Source: Chiloscyllium plagiosum (lineage: Eukaryota). From it: DNA of 64,000 nt. A model generated the notes under the pieces. The model was not told where the DNA came from, did no database searches, and worked only from the letters and a program-made list of their open reading frames with translations. Position 1 is the first letter of the stretch. Every line of letters begins with the position of its first letter. Below are positions 13,803 to 25,690 of the stretch, one piece after another. The position numbers and the translations under genes were made by a program. The DNA lies in assembly GCF_004010195.1 (NCBI RefSeq), contig NC_057718.1:5292325-5356324 (forward strand), read 5' to 3'.

Positions 13803-15803
13803 TGGGGAAAATGGAATATTTAAATCCGTTGGTGTTGGGATTAATTTACAGAAACAAATTTAGTAATGATCAAAATAAACAATATAAAAATCCCTCTCCT
13901 ACCATTCATGCAATTTAAAAAAATTCCTGAATATGTTTTGTAATAATTTCTTGTGCACTATTTCAATGAAGTCACTGGCTGTTTATTGCATTTTGGTAAG
14001 TGCCAATTATGAACAGCACAAAGGAAGTGGGTGCAAAGGATTTAAAAGAAACATGAACACAGAATATTAATCCCCATTGTGAATCATGAACCACAAGATA
14101 ATGTACAACAACATTTTCTGTCTTCTCTCCTTCCAAATGGCCTCTCCTTTCAGGTAATTGTTAGATATTTGCTGAGGTTTGTTTTCACTGAATCTTCCAA
14201 ACCCATGATAAACTATGACAGTGAGTGTTGAAAAACTATCCGACTGAGCAGTTGGGTGTGGCATGGATTTGTCACCGTTCAGCTTAATCCCATCTTCAAA
14301 CATTTCAATGAGAGATTACCAACCCTTCTGTTCCTTAACCCAAACCCTGGGGTTGAGAGACCCACTTTAATGCCTCCACCCCCAACACAGATGAAAAGAT
14401 TTGCCTTTTTTCTTCTTTCATCAGATACAGTACTACTGGCAAGGGCCAGCATTTATCTCCCTTCCCTAAATGTTCATCAACTGAGGGGCATTTGTGAGTC
14501 CAACATGTTGCTCTGGGACTGGAGTCAGATGTAGGCTCACCTGGGTAAAGATGGGAAATTTTCTTCTATAAAGGACGTTAGTGAACCAGATGAGTTTTTA
14601 CAATACCCATAATAGTTGTCATCGTCACTATCATTCCAGATTTATTAAAAAAAAGTTTAAAGTCCATTAATTGTAGTGGCATATGAGCCCATGTCCCCAG
14701 GTCATTGACCTGGACCATATACAGTACATTACTGTTGAGTCGCTGTCTCCTCCAGACCAGTCATTTCTGTCATTCACTGGATAGAGAAGTTATTTCACTG
14801 AGAAAGCTCCGATTTTATATTCAACCTGGAGCGTTCACCATTCATGATCAAGTGTTGAGGCTGAAGACTTTCTGCTGTTAAAAAGAACATTTTCCACATT
14901 TTGTTTTCAGGATATTACCTCTGTTCCATTCCCTTTAGAGTACATATAATTTAGTTAGCACAGCATGCTAGAAATCATGTTGTTATCACTGAGGACTTGC
15001 ATTTTCCCTCCTTAAAATGGGTCGAGTTCACCTCAACGAGGGTGAGAGAGCATCCTGTTAAGAAAAAATCTGCAATAAAGGTGCAAACATTCCTGGAGTC
15101 AAAGGAAAAATAAAATACCAAACAAGATAAAGGTGTTTGTAATTGTTAAAAGGAAACAGGAATGGCCTTTCTACTGATCCAGTAGTATAAAAGAGATAAT
15201 ATGTACTGTGAAACAGAACTCAGTACAAGATTGGTAAATCCCATGGACATTTGGCCCATAACCTGTATGCAGATAACATGGGAATTCCAAAGTTTATCTG
15301 TGGGACTTAGAGGGGGTCGGGTGGCTGGGTGAAAAGATTGGTACCAGCCAGGATTCCTGGTTCTGATAAATATACAGTCACCAAACAAACATTCTTTTGG
15401 TGGAAATTCTAGCATGGGAACACCCACATGGTTGAATAATCTGTCGTCACGATTGACATATGAAGGAGAAGCAGTTGGATGAGGTGCAGGGAAGGCACTC
15501 CCAATGGATGTGGATCTGTACCCCAGTGCCACAGTTCAGTAAAGGAAAAGCAGAAAATTTGGAAGGATGTGAGTGGGACTGGGGTGGGAATAAATATGAA
15601 GGATTGTGGTTCCCGTTGCAAGTTTTCCTCAGTTCATAAATGAGAAATCACTAAGTTCTGGCAACGATCAAGTATTCTGTATTAGTTCAGTTGTCCAAAT
15701 GGCTGTCTTTCCCCAGTTACAATCCTGTTGTGATTTGGGTGAGTTCTGAGTTGAGGTCCTCTCCCTGGTGTGAGTGGGGTACCAGGGACATTTGCATGCC
15801 TAG

Positions 15804-16330
15804 TCATACCTGGTGGTTAGTCCTATCAGCCGTGTGGATGGTGGATGGCAGCTCCCGGGCATGGTTCCGAACCCGGTTAGAGCCCTGGTACTGAATGGTT
15901 GAGGAAGTTGGCACGCAGAACTCCCGGAAACACCGCTTGAAATTCTCATCCAGGAAGGCGTAGAGGACGGGGTTGAGGCAGCTGTTGGTGTAGCCTAAAG
16001 CAATGCAGAAGTGCCAGGCCACTGCTGCGAAGAGAGTGGATGGGATCTTCACCAGGGCCCTCAGGATGACGTAGATGTGGATGGGCGTCCAGCAGATGAT
16101 GAAGACAGCCACCACCACAAGAACCATCCGTGTAATTCTCCGAAGGTTCCTGTCCTTCTCCTTTGAGCCGGAGAGCATCCGAACACTCTTCAGGCGCAGG
16201 ATCATCAGGCCATAGCACACAGTGATGATCAGGACTGGCATCACAAAGGCAAAGATGAAGACGCAGATCCTCAAGAGGTTGTCCCAGTACCAGGAAGGGT
16301 GTGGGAATTTCAGTGTACAATCTGTTACTC
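15804..16330 (-). CDS. oprm1: Mu-opioid receptor, coding exon 3 (ECL2-TM7 and C-tail, including stop)
   Basis: Acceptor ttttag|GA. Encodes [13 protein letters not shown]...[25 protein letters not shown]...CWTPIHIY...[34 protein letters not shown]...DRTNHQV*, with mu-type Trp7.35. Spliced CDS is 275+353+527=1155 nt, 384 aa. Confidence 0.97.
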
Positions 16331-17004
16331 CTAAAACTGAAAGGATGAGAAGGATTAAAAAAACCAAACAGTTAAATTGTGGCTTGTTGGCCATACCTTT
16401 CAGATTTCCATAACATTCCATAGATAAGCATTCCATGATGACGGACAGGATCAGATTTTCTGCTTTTTGTTTCTGGGCTACAGGATTGCAAAGTCTTCTG
16501 CATCCCAATATAGAGACTCCAAACCATGGGCTAGATATTACAGCTCTGCACTGGGTGAGAACTGTGATAATAAGCTAAAGAAAGAAGACAATAAAGCAGG
16601 TCATCCTTCCACCAACTCTCACCCACCCTGACTTGTCTCCCATGTTACAGATGATAAAGGCAACTTATTCCAGCAGCAAATAGAGGGAGGATGGTCCAAT
16701 GACCCCAACTGTATGGCCTGCTATCAGGCAGCAAGAGTGGAATACCTCCTTCGGGGGTCTCCTGTACTCATTGGAAGCTCACTAAAATCAAACCCCATCC
16801 TTAAACGTAGCCCAGGCATTTAAAGACTCTTAAATTTGATTTTCCAAAGGACCTTGCTCTGTGTAATCTTGTGGGAACGATAAGAAACGAGGCCACAATA
16901 GTGACCAGAATTGGGTGGCAAGGTGGACTTGCCTGGGAAATGTCTCCTCGGGAAGAGTGAGACCAATGCCCTAGGTGTTGGGGCACCCATTGCCTGGCAC
17001 TTAC

Positions 17005-17357
17005 CACTGTCAAACCTTATAGTTGCCATTATCATCACGGGCAGTCCGATAGCGGAGGACAGGATCCAGATGCAGACATTGACAATCTTGGCATTTCGTG
17101 GTGTGCGAAAATCCAGAGCTTTGACTGGGTGGCAAACAGCAATGTAACGGTCCATGCTCATGGTGGTGAGGGTAAATATACTGGTAAACATATTGTAATA
17201 ATCAATGGACATGATCACCTTGCACAACAGCTTCCCAAAGGGCCAAGTTCCCATCAGGTAGTTGACACTTTGGAAAGGCAGTGTGCTGGTGGCCAAGGCA
17301 TCAGCCAGAGCAAGGTTGAAAATGTAGATATTGGTAGCTGTCTTCATTTTAGTGTAC
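17005..17357 (-). CDS. oprm1: Mu-opioid receptor, coding exon 2 (TM2-TM4)
   Basis: Acceptor ttttcag|G, donor G|GTAAGT; 353 nt with phases matching exons 1 and 3. Encodes [34 protein letters not shown]...[13 protein letters not shown]...[18 protein letters not shown]. Contains Asp3.32 and the mu-type Asn2.63 (QSVNYL). Confidence 0.97.
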
Positions 17358-17454
17358 CTGAAAATCAAAATAGGGAAAATATCAGGAGGTCTGTGCAATG
17401 AGCAACAAGAGTATCCATGGATAATCAAAGCAAAATATTGTCGATGATGAAAAT

Positions 17455-18590
17455 AGAGTTATAGAATCTTGCAGCATGGAAACAGAGCCTTCAGTCTAAT
17501 TTGTCCATGCTGACCAGGTATCCCAAACTCAACTAGTCTCATTCACCTGTGTTTGGCCCATATCATTCACCTTGACCACCTCCTCCGACGGCTCATTCCA
17601 TACAGGCACCACACTGAAAACGTTGCCCCTCAGGTCATTTTAAAGTCTTTCACCTCTCACTTTAAACCTACACTGTCTAGTTTTAGTCTCCCTTACACTT
17701 GGGAAAAGACTCAGCTATTCACCTTATCTATGCTCCTTGTGATTTTATAAACCTCTATCAAATCACCTCTCAGGCTCCTAAGCTCCAGGGAGAAAGGTGT
17801 CAGCCTATTCAACCTCCCCTTATAACTCAAACCCACCAGTCCTGGTAATATTCTTATAAATCCTTTCTGCACCCTTTCTATTTTAAAACTATCCTTCCTA
17901 TTTTAACTTATCTGCTTTTACCAGCCTCAGGCAACTGTTTGTGTGGAGTTTGCATATTCTCCCAGTGTCTGTGTGAGTTTCCTCCTGATGCTCAAGTTTC
18001 CTCCCTCAGTCCAAAGATGTGCACGTTAGATGGATTGTCCACGCTACAGTTCCGATAGTGTCCTGGATGTGCAGACTAGGTGGATTAGCCACAGGAAATG
18101 CAGGGTTACAGGGATAGCGTAGGGGGCTGGGTTTGGGTGGAATGCTCTTCGGAGCATCGGTGTAGATTCAATGGGCTGAATGGCCTGCTTCCACACTGTA
18201 GGGATTCTACGATTCTACAGCAAGGCAACCAGAAAGATATGCATTATTTCAAAAGCGACTCCATTAATGCCTTGTAAAGCCACAACATGATTTCCCAACT
18301 CCTATACTCAATGCTCTGACCAACGGAGGCAAGCACCCTGTCTACCCTGATAACATGTAAGCTGCTTTCGAGGAACTATGACCCTGCACCCCTAGGTCTC
18401 TTATTCTACAACACTCCCCAGAGTCCCATGATTAACTGAGTACATCCTGCACTGGTTTGTCCTACCAGAATGCAACACCTTGCATTTTATTAAATTAAAC
18501 TTCATCTGCCACCTCTCGGCCTATTAACCTCTCTGATCAAAATCTTTGTACTCTTGAATAACCTTCTTTGTTATCCACTGTACCATCAAT
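17455..18590 (-). mobile_element. CR1 3' fragment in oprm1 intron 1, with a nested plus-strand HE1-like SINE piece (about 17921-18218)
   Basis: Reverse complement of the CR1 3' end, interrupted by gtgtggagtttgcatattctccc...ccacactgtagggattcta. Confidence 0.75.
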
Positions 18591-19488
18591 TTTTGCTGGA
18601 GAAACTCAGCAAATCTGGCTACATCTGTGGAGAGAGAAATAGTGTAACTATTTTTAAGTCTAGTATGACTCTTCTTCAGAATCCTTCCGTTCTTCATCAG
18701 TTCTGAAGAGGAGTCATATAATACTCAAAAAGTTTCTGTTTTTCTCTCTATAGATGCAGCTAGACCTGCTGAGTTTTGCCAGTGTTTTCTGTGGGATTAT
18801 CCATAGACCAGTGATTACCACGATGGACACTCAGGGCACAACAGCACAAAATGCTTCTTCAGCCTTCATCTTAGCCGGTCCCTCAGTGAGTTAGTTCCTA
18901 CTACATTCAGTTCATTAGCAGCACAGGTTAGACACCAATTGAAGTTCTCCACATACTCTCAGGCATTTTCAGGGCACGTAATGTACAGATTAAATATGTC
19001 ATAAGGTTCCTTTTACACTGGCCCACCAAAAACTTTCAGGGCAGCTACCACACTGGGTGTGGTCAGGTGAAGTTCCCATCAAATGGTCCCCAGAATAAAC
19101 AGAATTGTGGAGAAACTCAGCAGATCTGCTAACATTTGTGGAGAGAGAAACAGAGTTAACATTTTGAGTACAACATGACTTTTTTTTTCAGAATGCTGCA
19201 TTATGGAGGGATCTAGATGTCCTTGTACAAGAATCACAAAAAAGCTAGCACGAAAATGCAGAAATTGGGAAGGCAAACTGATTGTTTGCAAGGGAGATTG
19301 AATGTAAAAGTAAACAAATCTTGCTACAACTGTACAAGACATTGGTGAGGCCATACCTGGGATCATGGGTACCATTTCCTTTCTTATTCAAGTCAGCTAA
19401 TGTGGTTAGTTAGGCACCAAATGCTCCCAAGATCAAACACAGAATTGTAGAAAAACTCAACAGGTCTGGTTGCATCTGTGGAGAGAGA

Positions 19489-21092
19489 GTTAAAAATCAC
19501 ACCGGGTTTATTTGGAACCAATAGCTTTCGGGGAGTGCTGCTCCTTCATCAGGTAGCTGTGGGACAGGATTATAAGACAAAATTTATGGCAAAAGATTAC
19601 AGTGTCATGCAATTGACATGATATATTAAACAAACCTAGATTGCTGTTAAGTCTTTCATCTTTTAGATTGGGTTGCAGGTTTCCATTCATTAATATGTAA
19701 ATCACAGAACTTCCTTCAAATCACATTCAAGATAACTTAAGGCTTCATAGAAAAGGTGACATCTCAGCTCAGACAGTATATTAAAGGCGTGAGGTTAGAG
19801 TCTGTATCCCAATATTGAGTCAGACTGGTTCTATTTCCAAAGTAGGAATTTATTACATGGATTGACTGCCTGCAGGTTGTGTGCTTTTTGAGCAAAAGAG
19901 AATGTATCAGCAAATATAATTCTGTAAGTGTAAGTTCACCCCAGAGACTTGTGTGCGTGTGCATGAGAGAGAGAGTGAGTGTGTGCATGTGAGTGGGTGT
20001 GTGAGAGTGTAAGTGCACGAGAGAGAGTGTGTGTTTGTGTGTGCATGCTTGGTACAGTGTGTGTAATAAGCCTGTTGGAGGGTACGCGCATGGGAGAGTG
20101 TGGGGAGTGTTTCGGTGTCTGTATGAGAGAGAGTGTGTATGAGAGAGGGTCTGCATGAGTGACTAAAAAAGGTGTGTGTGTGTGTATGAGAGAGTGTATG
20201 GTGTGGTGAGGTCACCTGTAGTGTGACATGAGCCCCAGGTTCTGGTTGAGGCTATCCTCATGGGTTCCGAACTTGGATATCAGCCACTGCTTGGCCATTC
20301 TGCATTCCGGCCTCAACTGGAACCTGGGGTTCATGTCACACTAGAGTGACCCTACCACACGATACGCTTCAACACACGCTTATTTACTCACACTCATGCA
20401 GACCCTCACTCATACAGACTTACAGTTCCCACAGCAATCCACGCACACACTAACAGGCTTATACTTCATCGCATACACTTTATCAAGTATGTGCACACAC
20501 AAACACACTCACGTGCAGACACATGCACCCACTCACAGTCTCTCACATGCACACGCACACACAAGTCTATGGGGTGAATTTGCACTTACAGAATTATATT
20601 TGCAGATACATTCTATTTTGCTCAAAAAGCACACAACCTGCAGACAGTCAATCCATGTAATATTTTATAAATTCCTACTTCGGAAATAGAACCAGTCTAA
20701 CTCAGGATTGGGATACTGACAGACTCTAACCTCACACCTTTAATATATCTTGAGCTGAGATGTCACCTTTTCTTTCTATGAAGCCGTAAGTTATCTCAAA
20801 TGTGATTTGAAGGAAGTTCTGGGATTTACATATTAATGAATGGAAATGTGCAACAAAATCTAAAAGATGAAAGACTTAACAGCAATCTAGGCTTGTTCAA
20901 TATATAATTTCAGTTGCATTAAACTATAATCTTTTGCTATAATATCTATGACTTATGATCCTGTCCCACAGCTACCCGATGAAGGAGCGATGCTCCAAAA
21001 GCTAGTGCTTCCAAATAAACCTGTTGGACTATAACCTGGAGTTATGTGATTTTTAACTTTGCTCACCCCAGTCCAACACTGGTTCCTCCACG
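19489..21092. mobile_element. Large family B Penelope-like element: two 5'-truncated copies in inverted orientation (about 0.8 kb arms)
   Basis: Arms 19489-20307 (-) and 20308-21092 (+). Minus-strand translation near 20215-20300 is RMAKQWLISKFGTHEDSLNQNLGLMSHYR*, resembling a PLE GIY-YIG C-terminus. Contains CA-rich spacers and decayed hammerhead cores near both ends; duplicated flank tgtggagagaga. Confidence 0.78.
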
Positions 21093-22619
21093 TTGTGGAG
21101 AGAGAAATAGAGTTAACATTTTGTGTCTGGTATGACTTCCTCAGAACTGAAGAACAACTGAAGGATTCTGAAGAAGAGTCACTCCAAACTCTCAATGTTT
21201 ACACTGTTTCTCTCTAACTGCTGGCTTGGAGGGGTTGTCTGAGGAGGAAAGGACAAGCAGGTTGGGTGTAAGCTCATGGGAGTTCAGCAGAATGAGAGGT
21301 GATTTTACTGAAACATAAGATTCTGGGGAAACTTAACAGAGAAAAGAATTGAAGGATGTTTCCCACAAGAAGGGAATCTATAACCAGGGGACAGTCTACA
21401 AATAACATGTATCCCATTTATGATGGAGATGTGGAGATATTTCTTCTCTCAAGTGTTTGGATTTCTGTTTCAGAGCAGTGGAGATTGGATCATTGAGTTA
21501 GAGTTTTCATTTACAAGGCAGTTAAGTGTTATGGACAGTTGTGGGAGGCAGAAAAATTGAGTCGAGACCACAATCTGACCAGCCATGATCTTATTGAATG
21601 ATGGAACAGGCTGAAGAGGCTGAATGGCCTACTCCTGTTTCTTGTGTAACCACAGCATGATTTAGCAAAGAAAGACAGGCTTACATTTGAATAGCTCATC
21701 TCAAGAACACTGGACATCCCAAAGCACTTTGGAACTGCAGATTCTGTTGCAATTTAGAAAATAGGAATGTGTGTACACAGTAAACGCCCATAAAAAGCAG
21801 CCTAGTCAGTTCCTGTTTGTGATGTTGATTGATGGATAAGTATTGGTCAGGTGAGTGAGCTTATCTTTCCCATTGAACCTGGTCGAAATAGTGTCAAGAC
21901 TTAATTTATTATGCTCAGGGAGCAAGTGGGAGGCTGTTTAGGGTAAGGTCTCCATTTGACATCTCACTGAAAAGACAAACTCCCTCAGGGATTAACCTAC
22001 AATTTGCCCTGGGAACATTTGCCTGGAAAAAGAACAATAAAGCTGTCTCTACACTATTGTTTCAAACAGCGATTCAGCATCCTGCATCTTGGAGGTCAAT
22101 TGTCATAGATTGAGAGACAAAGTTATAGATTAAGGCAGTGTCCTGTGAAAAGAATAATATTGCCAAGGAGCCAAAGCAAAACAAGAATCAATGGGTATCA
22201 GGGACAAACTCCCTGCAAGTTGGAGTCATACCAGGCACATAGAAGATGATTGTGGTTGTTGGAGGTCAGTCATCTCAGTTCCAGAACATCTCTGCAGGAG
22301 TTCCTCAAGTTAGTATTCAAGGCGCAAACATCTTCAACTGCTTCATCAGTAACCTTCCCTCCATCATGAAGTCGGAAGTGAGGATGTTTGCACAATGTTC
22401 AGCACCTGTTGTGACTCCTAAGACACTGAAGCAGTCTATGTTCAAATGCAACCAGATTTTGACAATGTCTGGGGTTAGGCTGACAAGTGGGAAGTAATAT
22501 TCATGCCAGCTAACGATCATGCCAATAAGAGGCAATATAATCACTGGCCAATGATATTCAATGGTGTTACCCCACCATCAACATCCATGGGGTTACCATT
22601 CACTAGAAACTAAACTGGG

Positions 22620-23770
22620 TAAAAACAATGACTGCAGATACTGGAAATCAGATTTTGGATTAGTGGTGCTGGAAGAGCACAGCAGTTCAGGCAGCATCCG
22701 AGGAGCAGCGAAATCGTCGTTTCGGGCAAAAGCCCTTCATCAGGAATAAAGACAGGGAGCCTGAAATGTGCAGAGATAAGCTAGAGGAGGGTGGGGGTGG
22801 GGAGAATAGAGTACAATAGGTGTGCGGGGGAGGGGATGAAGGTGATAGGTTAGGGAGGAGGGTGGAGTGGATAGGTGGAAAAGAAGATAGGCAGATAGGA
22901 CAAGTCATGGGGACAGTGCTGAGCTGGAAGTTTGGAACTAGGGTGAGTGGGGGAAGGGGAAATGAGGAAACTGTTGAAGTCCACATTGATGCCCTGGGGT
23001 TGAAGTGTNNNNNNNNNNNNNNNNNNNNNNNNNNNNNNNNNNNNNNNNNNNNNNNNNNNNNNNNNNNNNNNNNNNNNNNNNNNNNNNNNNNNNNNNNNNN
23101 NNNNNNNNNNNNNNNNNNNNNNNNNNNNNNNNNNNNNNNNNNNNNNNNNNNNNNNNNNNNNNNNNNNNNNNNNNNNNNNNNNNNNNNNNNNNNNNNNNNN
23201 NNNNNNNNNNNNNNNNNNNNNNNNNNNNNNNNNNNNNNNNNNNNNNNNNNNNNNNNNNNNNNNNNNNNNNNNNNNNNNNNNNNNNNNNNNNNNNNNNNNN
23301 NNNNNNNNNNNNNNNNNNNNNNNNNNNNNNNNNNNNNNNNNNNNNNNNNNNNNNNNNNNNNNNNNNNNNNNNNNNNNNNNNNNNNNNNNNNNNNNNNNNN
23401 NNNNNNNNNNNNNNNNNNNNNNNNNNNNNNNNNNNNNNNNNNNNNNNNNNNNNNNNNNNNNNNNNNNNNNNNNNNNNNNNNNNNNNNNNNNNNNNNNNNN
23501 NNNNNNNNNNNNNNNNNNNNNNNNNNNNNNNNNNNNNNNNNNNNNNNNNNNNNNNNNNNNNNNNNNNNNNNNNNNNNNNNNNNNNNNNNNNNNNNNNNNN
23601 NNNNNNNNNNNNNNNNNNNNNNNNNNNNNNNNNNNNNNNNCCTCCTCTAGCTTATCTCTGCACTTTTCAGGCTCTTTTATTCCGGATGAAGGGCTTTTGC
23701 CCGAAACGTCGATTTTACTGCTCCTCGGATGCTGCCTGAACTGCTGTGCTCTTCCAACACCACTAATCCA
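22620..23770. mobile_element. Long family A Penelope-like inverted element spanning an assembly gap
   Basis: Inverted arms on each side of the gap; TSD agaaactaaactgg. Minus-strand translation next to the gap is LQPQGINVDFNSF (PLE ORF C-terminus-like). Decayed hammerhead cores at about 22714-22746 (-) and 23680-23714 (+). Confidence 0.75.
23009..23640. other. Assembly gap (N run)
   Basis: 632 N. Confidence 1.
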
Positions 23771-25415
23771 GAAACTAAACTGGAGTCATCATATAAACCC
23801 AATGGTTACAAAAGCAGGTCAGAGACTAGGAATACTGCAATGAGTAACTCACCTTCCGACTTCAAGCTTGTCCACCATCTACAAGGCTGAAGTCAGGAAT
23901 GTGATGGAATACTCCCAAAACACTCAAGAAGCTTGACAACATCAAAGACAAAACAATCCACTCGGTTAGCACCACACCCAAAGCATTCACTCCCTCCACC
24001 ACCACTCAGTAGCAGCAGTGTGTACTATTTACAAGATACACTGCAGAAATTCACCAAAAATGTTCAGATAGCACCTTCCAAAGCCAGGACCACTTTCAAC
24101 TAGAAGGTCAAGAGCAGCAATACATGGGAACACCACCACCTGCAAATTCCCTCCAAGCCACTCACCATCTTGGCTAGGAAATATATTGCCATTCCTTCAG
24201 GGTTGCTGGGTGAAAATCCTGGAAACCCCTCCCTAAGCACATGGACTGCAACAGTTCAAGAAAACAGCTCACCACCTCCTTCTCAAGGGCAACTGGGGAC
24301 AGGTAATGAATGCTGGTCAACTTGCTGTGCCCAGATCCCATGAGTGAATAAAAAAGATAATGAGTGGTGGGTGGATTTTGGGTGATTATTAAATTGAAAA
24401 AGAGAATAGCTGAAAATAGGGAATGAGAAGGATCTTTTATTTTCCAGCACTTTTCAGTTCTGAAGAAGTCATTCTCAAACTGAAACTATTAACTTGATTT
24501 CTCTCTCCACAGATGTACTGCTAGATCTGCTGAGTTTTTCTGGCATTTCAGATTGACTCTTTCAAATTTACTGGTAGTCTGAGATTGTGTCATCTTTCTT
24601 CGGCTCTTGATGACCTAGCCTGGAGTGTGGGGTGTAATTGGTTGCCACCTCAGTGTTAAAAGTGTAATTGGTTGAAACGAAATAGGTGTGATTTTCTCTG
24701 TCAGTATGTCACGGTGTCATTCGCTACGGGTAGCACTAGTTTCACCAATGGATATGGATGGGGTGGGGGAGACGGAGCGGTAAGGGGAAGGTGGGGGAGT
24801 TGGTACTCACGTTTCGAGGAACTTATAAAAAAGCTGTTCCTATTGAAAAGGCATTTCGATGGGAAAAGGCATTTGTAAAGGGGTCAAACGTACACTGAGG
24901 ATTAACTGCACGATTTGAAGTGAGGGTCTATCTGAGCGCCGTTTAGACGCTGCACTCCCACAGTTACCGGTTAGATGGCGCTGTTTGAGCAACTAAGACA
25001 AGTGACAAACCAATCCTGCCCCATAGGTATCTATTAAATACAGATATTAATCCATTAACATCCAATTAGTGCACAAATACACAATTATTGATGTGAAAAT
25101 CGCGCAGTTAATCTCTACAGCATTGCACTGCGCCGAACTTCTCTTCCAATCCATGCGAAAACATTAAATGTGTCATCAACAGGAAAAACACAGAAGGACT
25201 GTAATTTTGAAGGTTATGCACATTGTCTTATCTGTAAACAAGATTGCACTGAAGTTAGACCCCCAAATTATCAATGAAGTGAGGCGGGTGGGAAGGATGC
25301 TACTCGAGTCGAGTCAAAATCCGTTGATGCTGGGCAGAGGTTTCACGACAGAGAGAGAGAGAGACAGAGACAGCGAGAGTGGAAGAACGGGGGTCAAGTT
25401 AAGAGTGTATCTTAC

Positions 25416-25690
25416 CTGACAATGACATACATGACCAGGACATTGCCCACCAACCCCAGCACACAGACAATGGAGTAAAGAGCAGTAATGATGATGGCGA
25501 TGATGATTGAAGCCGAACTCTTGCTCAGAGGGACTCTGTCGGTGCCGTTACACAGATTCGAACTGGAGTTGATGCAGAGATAGGACCAGTTGGCTGAGCC
25601 CAGGCTGGAATTCATGGTGGTTAGGCTAGTCTGGCAGAGCTGGGACCCGTTGGCAGCTAGATCACCGCAGGGCTGGGCGAGTAGGTCCAT
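25416..25690 (-). CDS. oprm1: Mu-opioid receptor, coding exon 1 (N-terminus and TM1)
   Basis: ATG in strong Kozak context (gcaATGG). Encodes MDLLAQPC...IAIIITALYSIVCVLGLVGNVLVMYVIVR, the opioid-receptor TM1, and five N-x-S/T sequons. Ends at donor AG|GTAAGA (phase 2); 275 nt. Confidence 0.95.

Larger units (their letters stand above)
22125..24356 (+). mobile_element. Old CR1/L2-clade LINE fragment split by a family A insertion
   Basis: VVVGGQSS...SAGVPQ...FNCFISNLPS...VRMFA RT remnant; ends cccatgagtgaataaaaaa. Confidence 0.7.

Noticed and set aside
13982..14646. AATAAA candidates (minus strand at 13982 and 14641) as the oprm1 poly(A) signal
   Set aside because: Cannot be chosen without transcript data; one lies within an old repeat.
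15946..16320. 124-aa alternative-frame ORF overlapping exon 3
   Set aside because: Non-ATG start; a typical shadow of GC3-rich coding sequence.
16331..16508. N-terminal extension of ORF 15804..16508
   Set aside because: Intron 2 sequence upstream of the ttttag acceptor; non-ATG start and no receptor similarity.
16820..17004. In-frame read-through of exon 2 into intron 2 ([10 protein letters not shown]...)
   Set aside because: A consensus GTAAGT donor at 17004 joins in frame to exon 3; the open stretch is compatible with chance.
22820..23739. Long ORFs of 276 and 244 aa
   Set aside because: Artefacts of translating the N gap.
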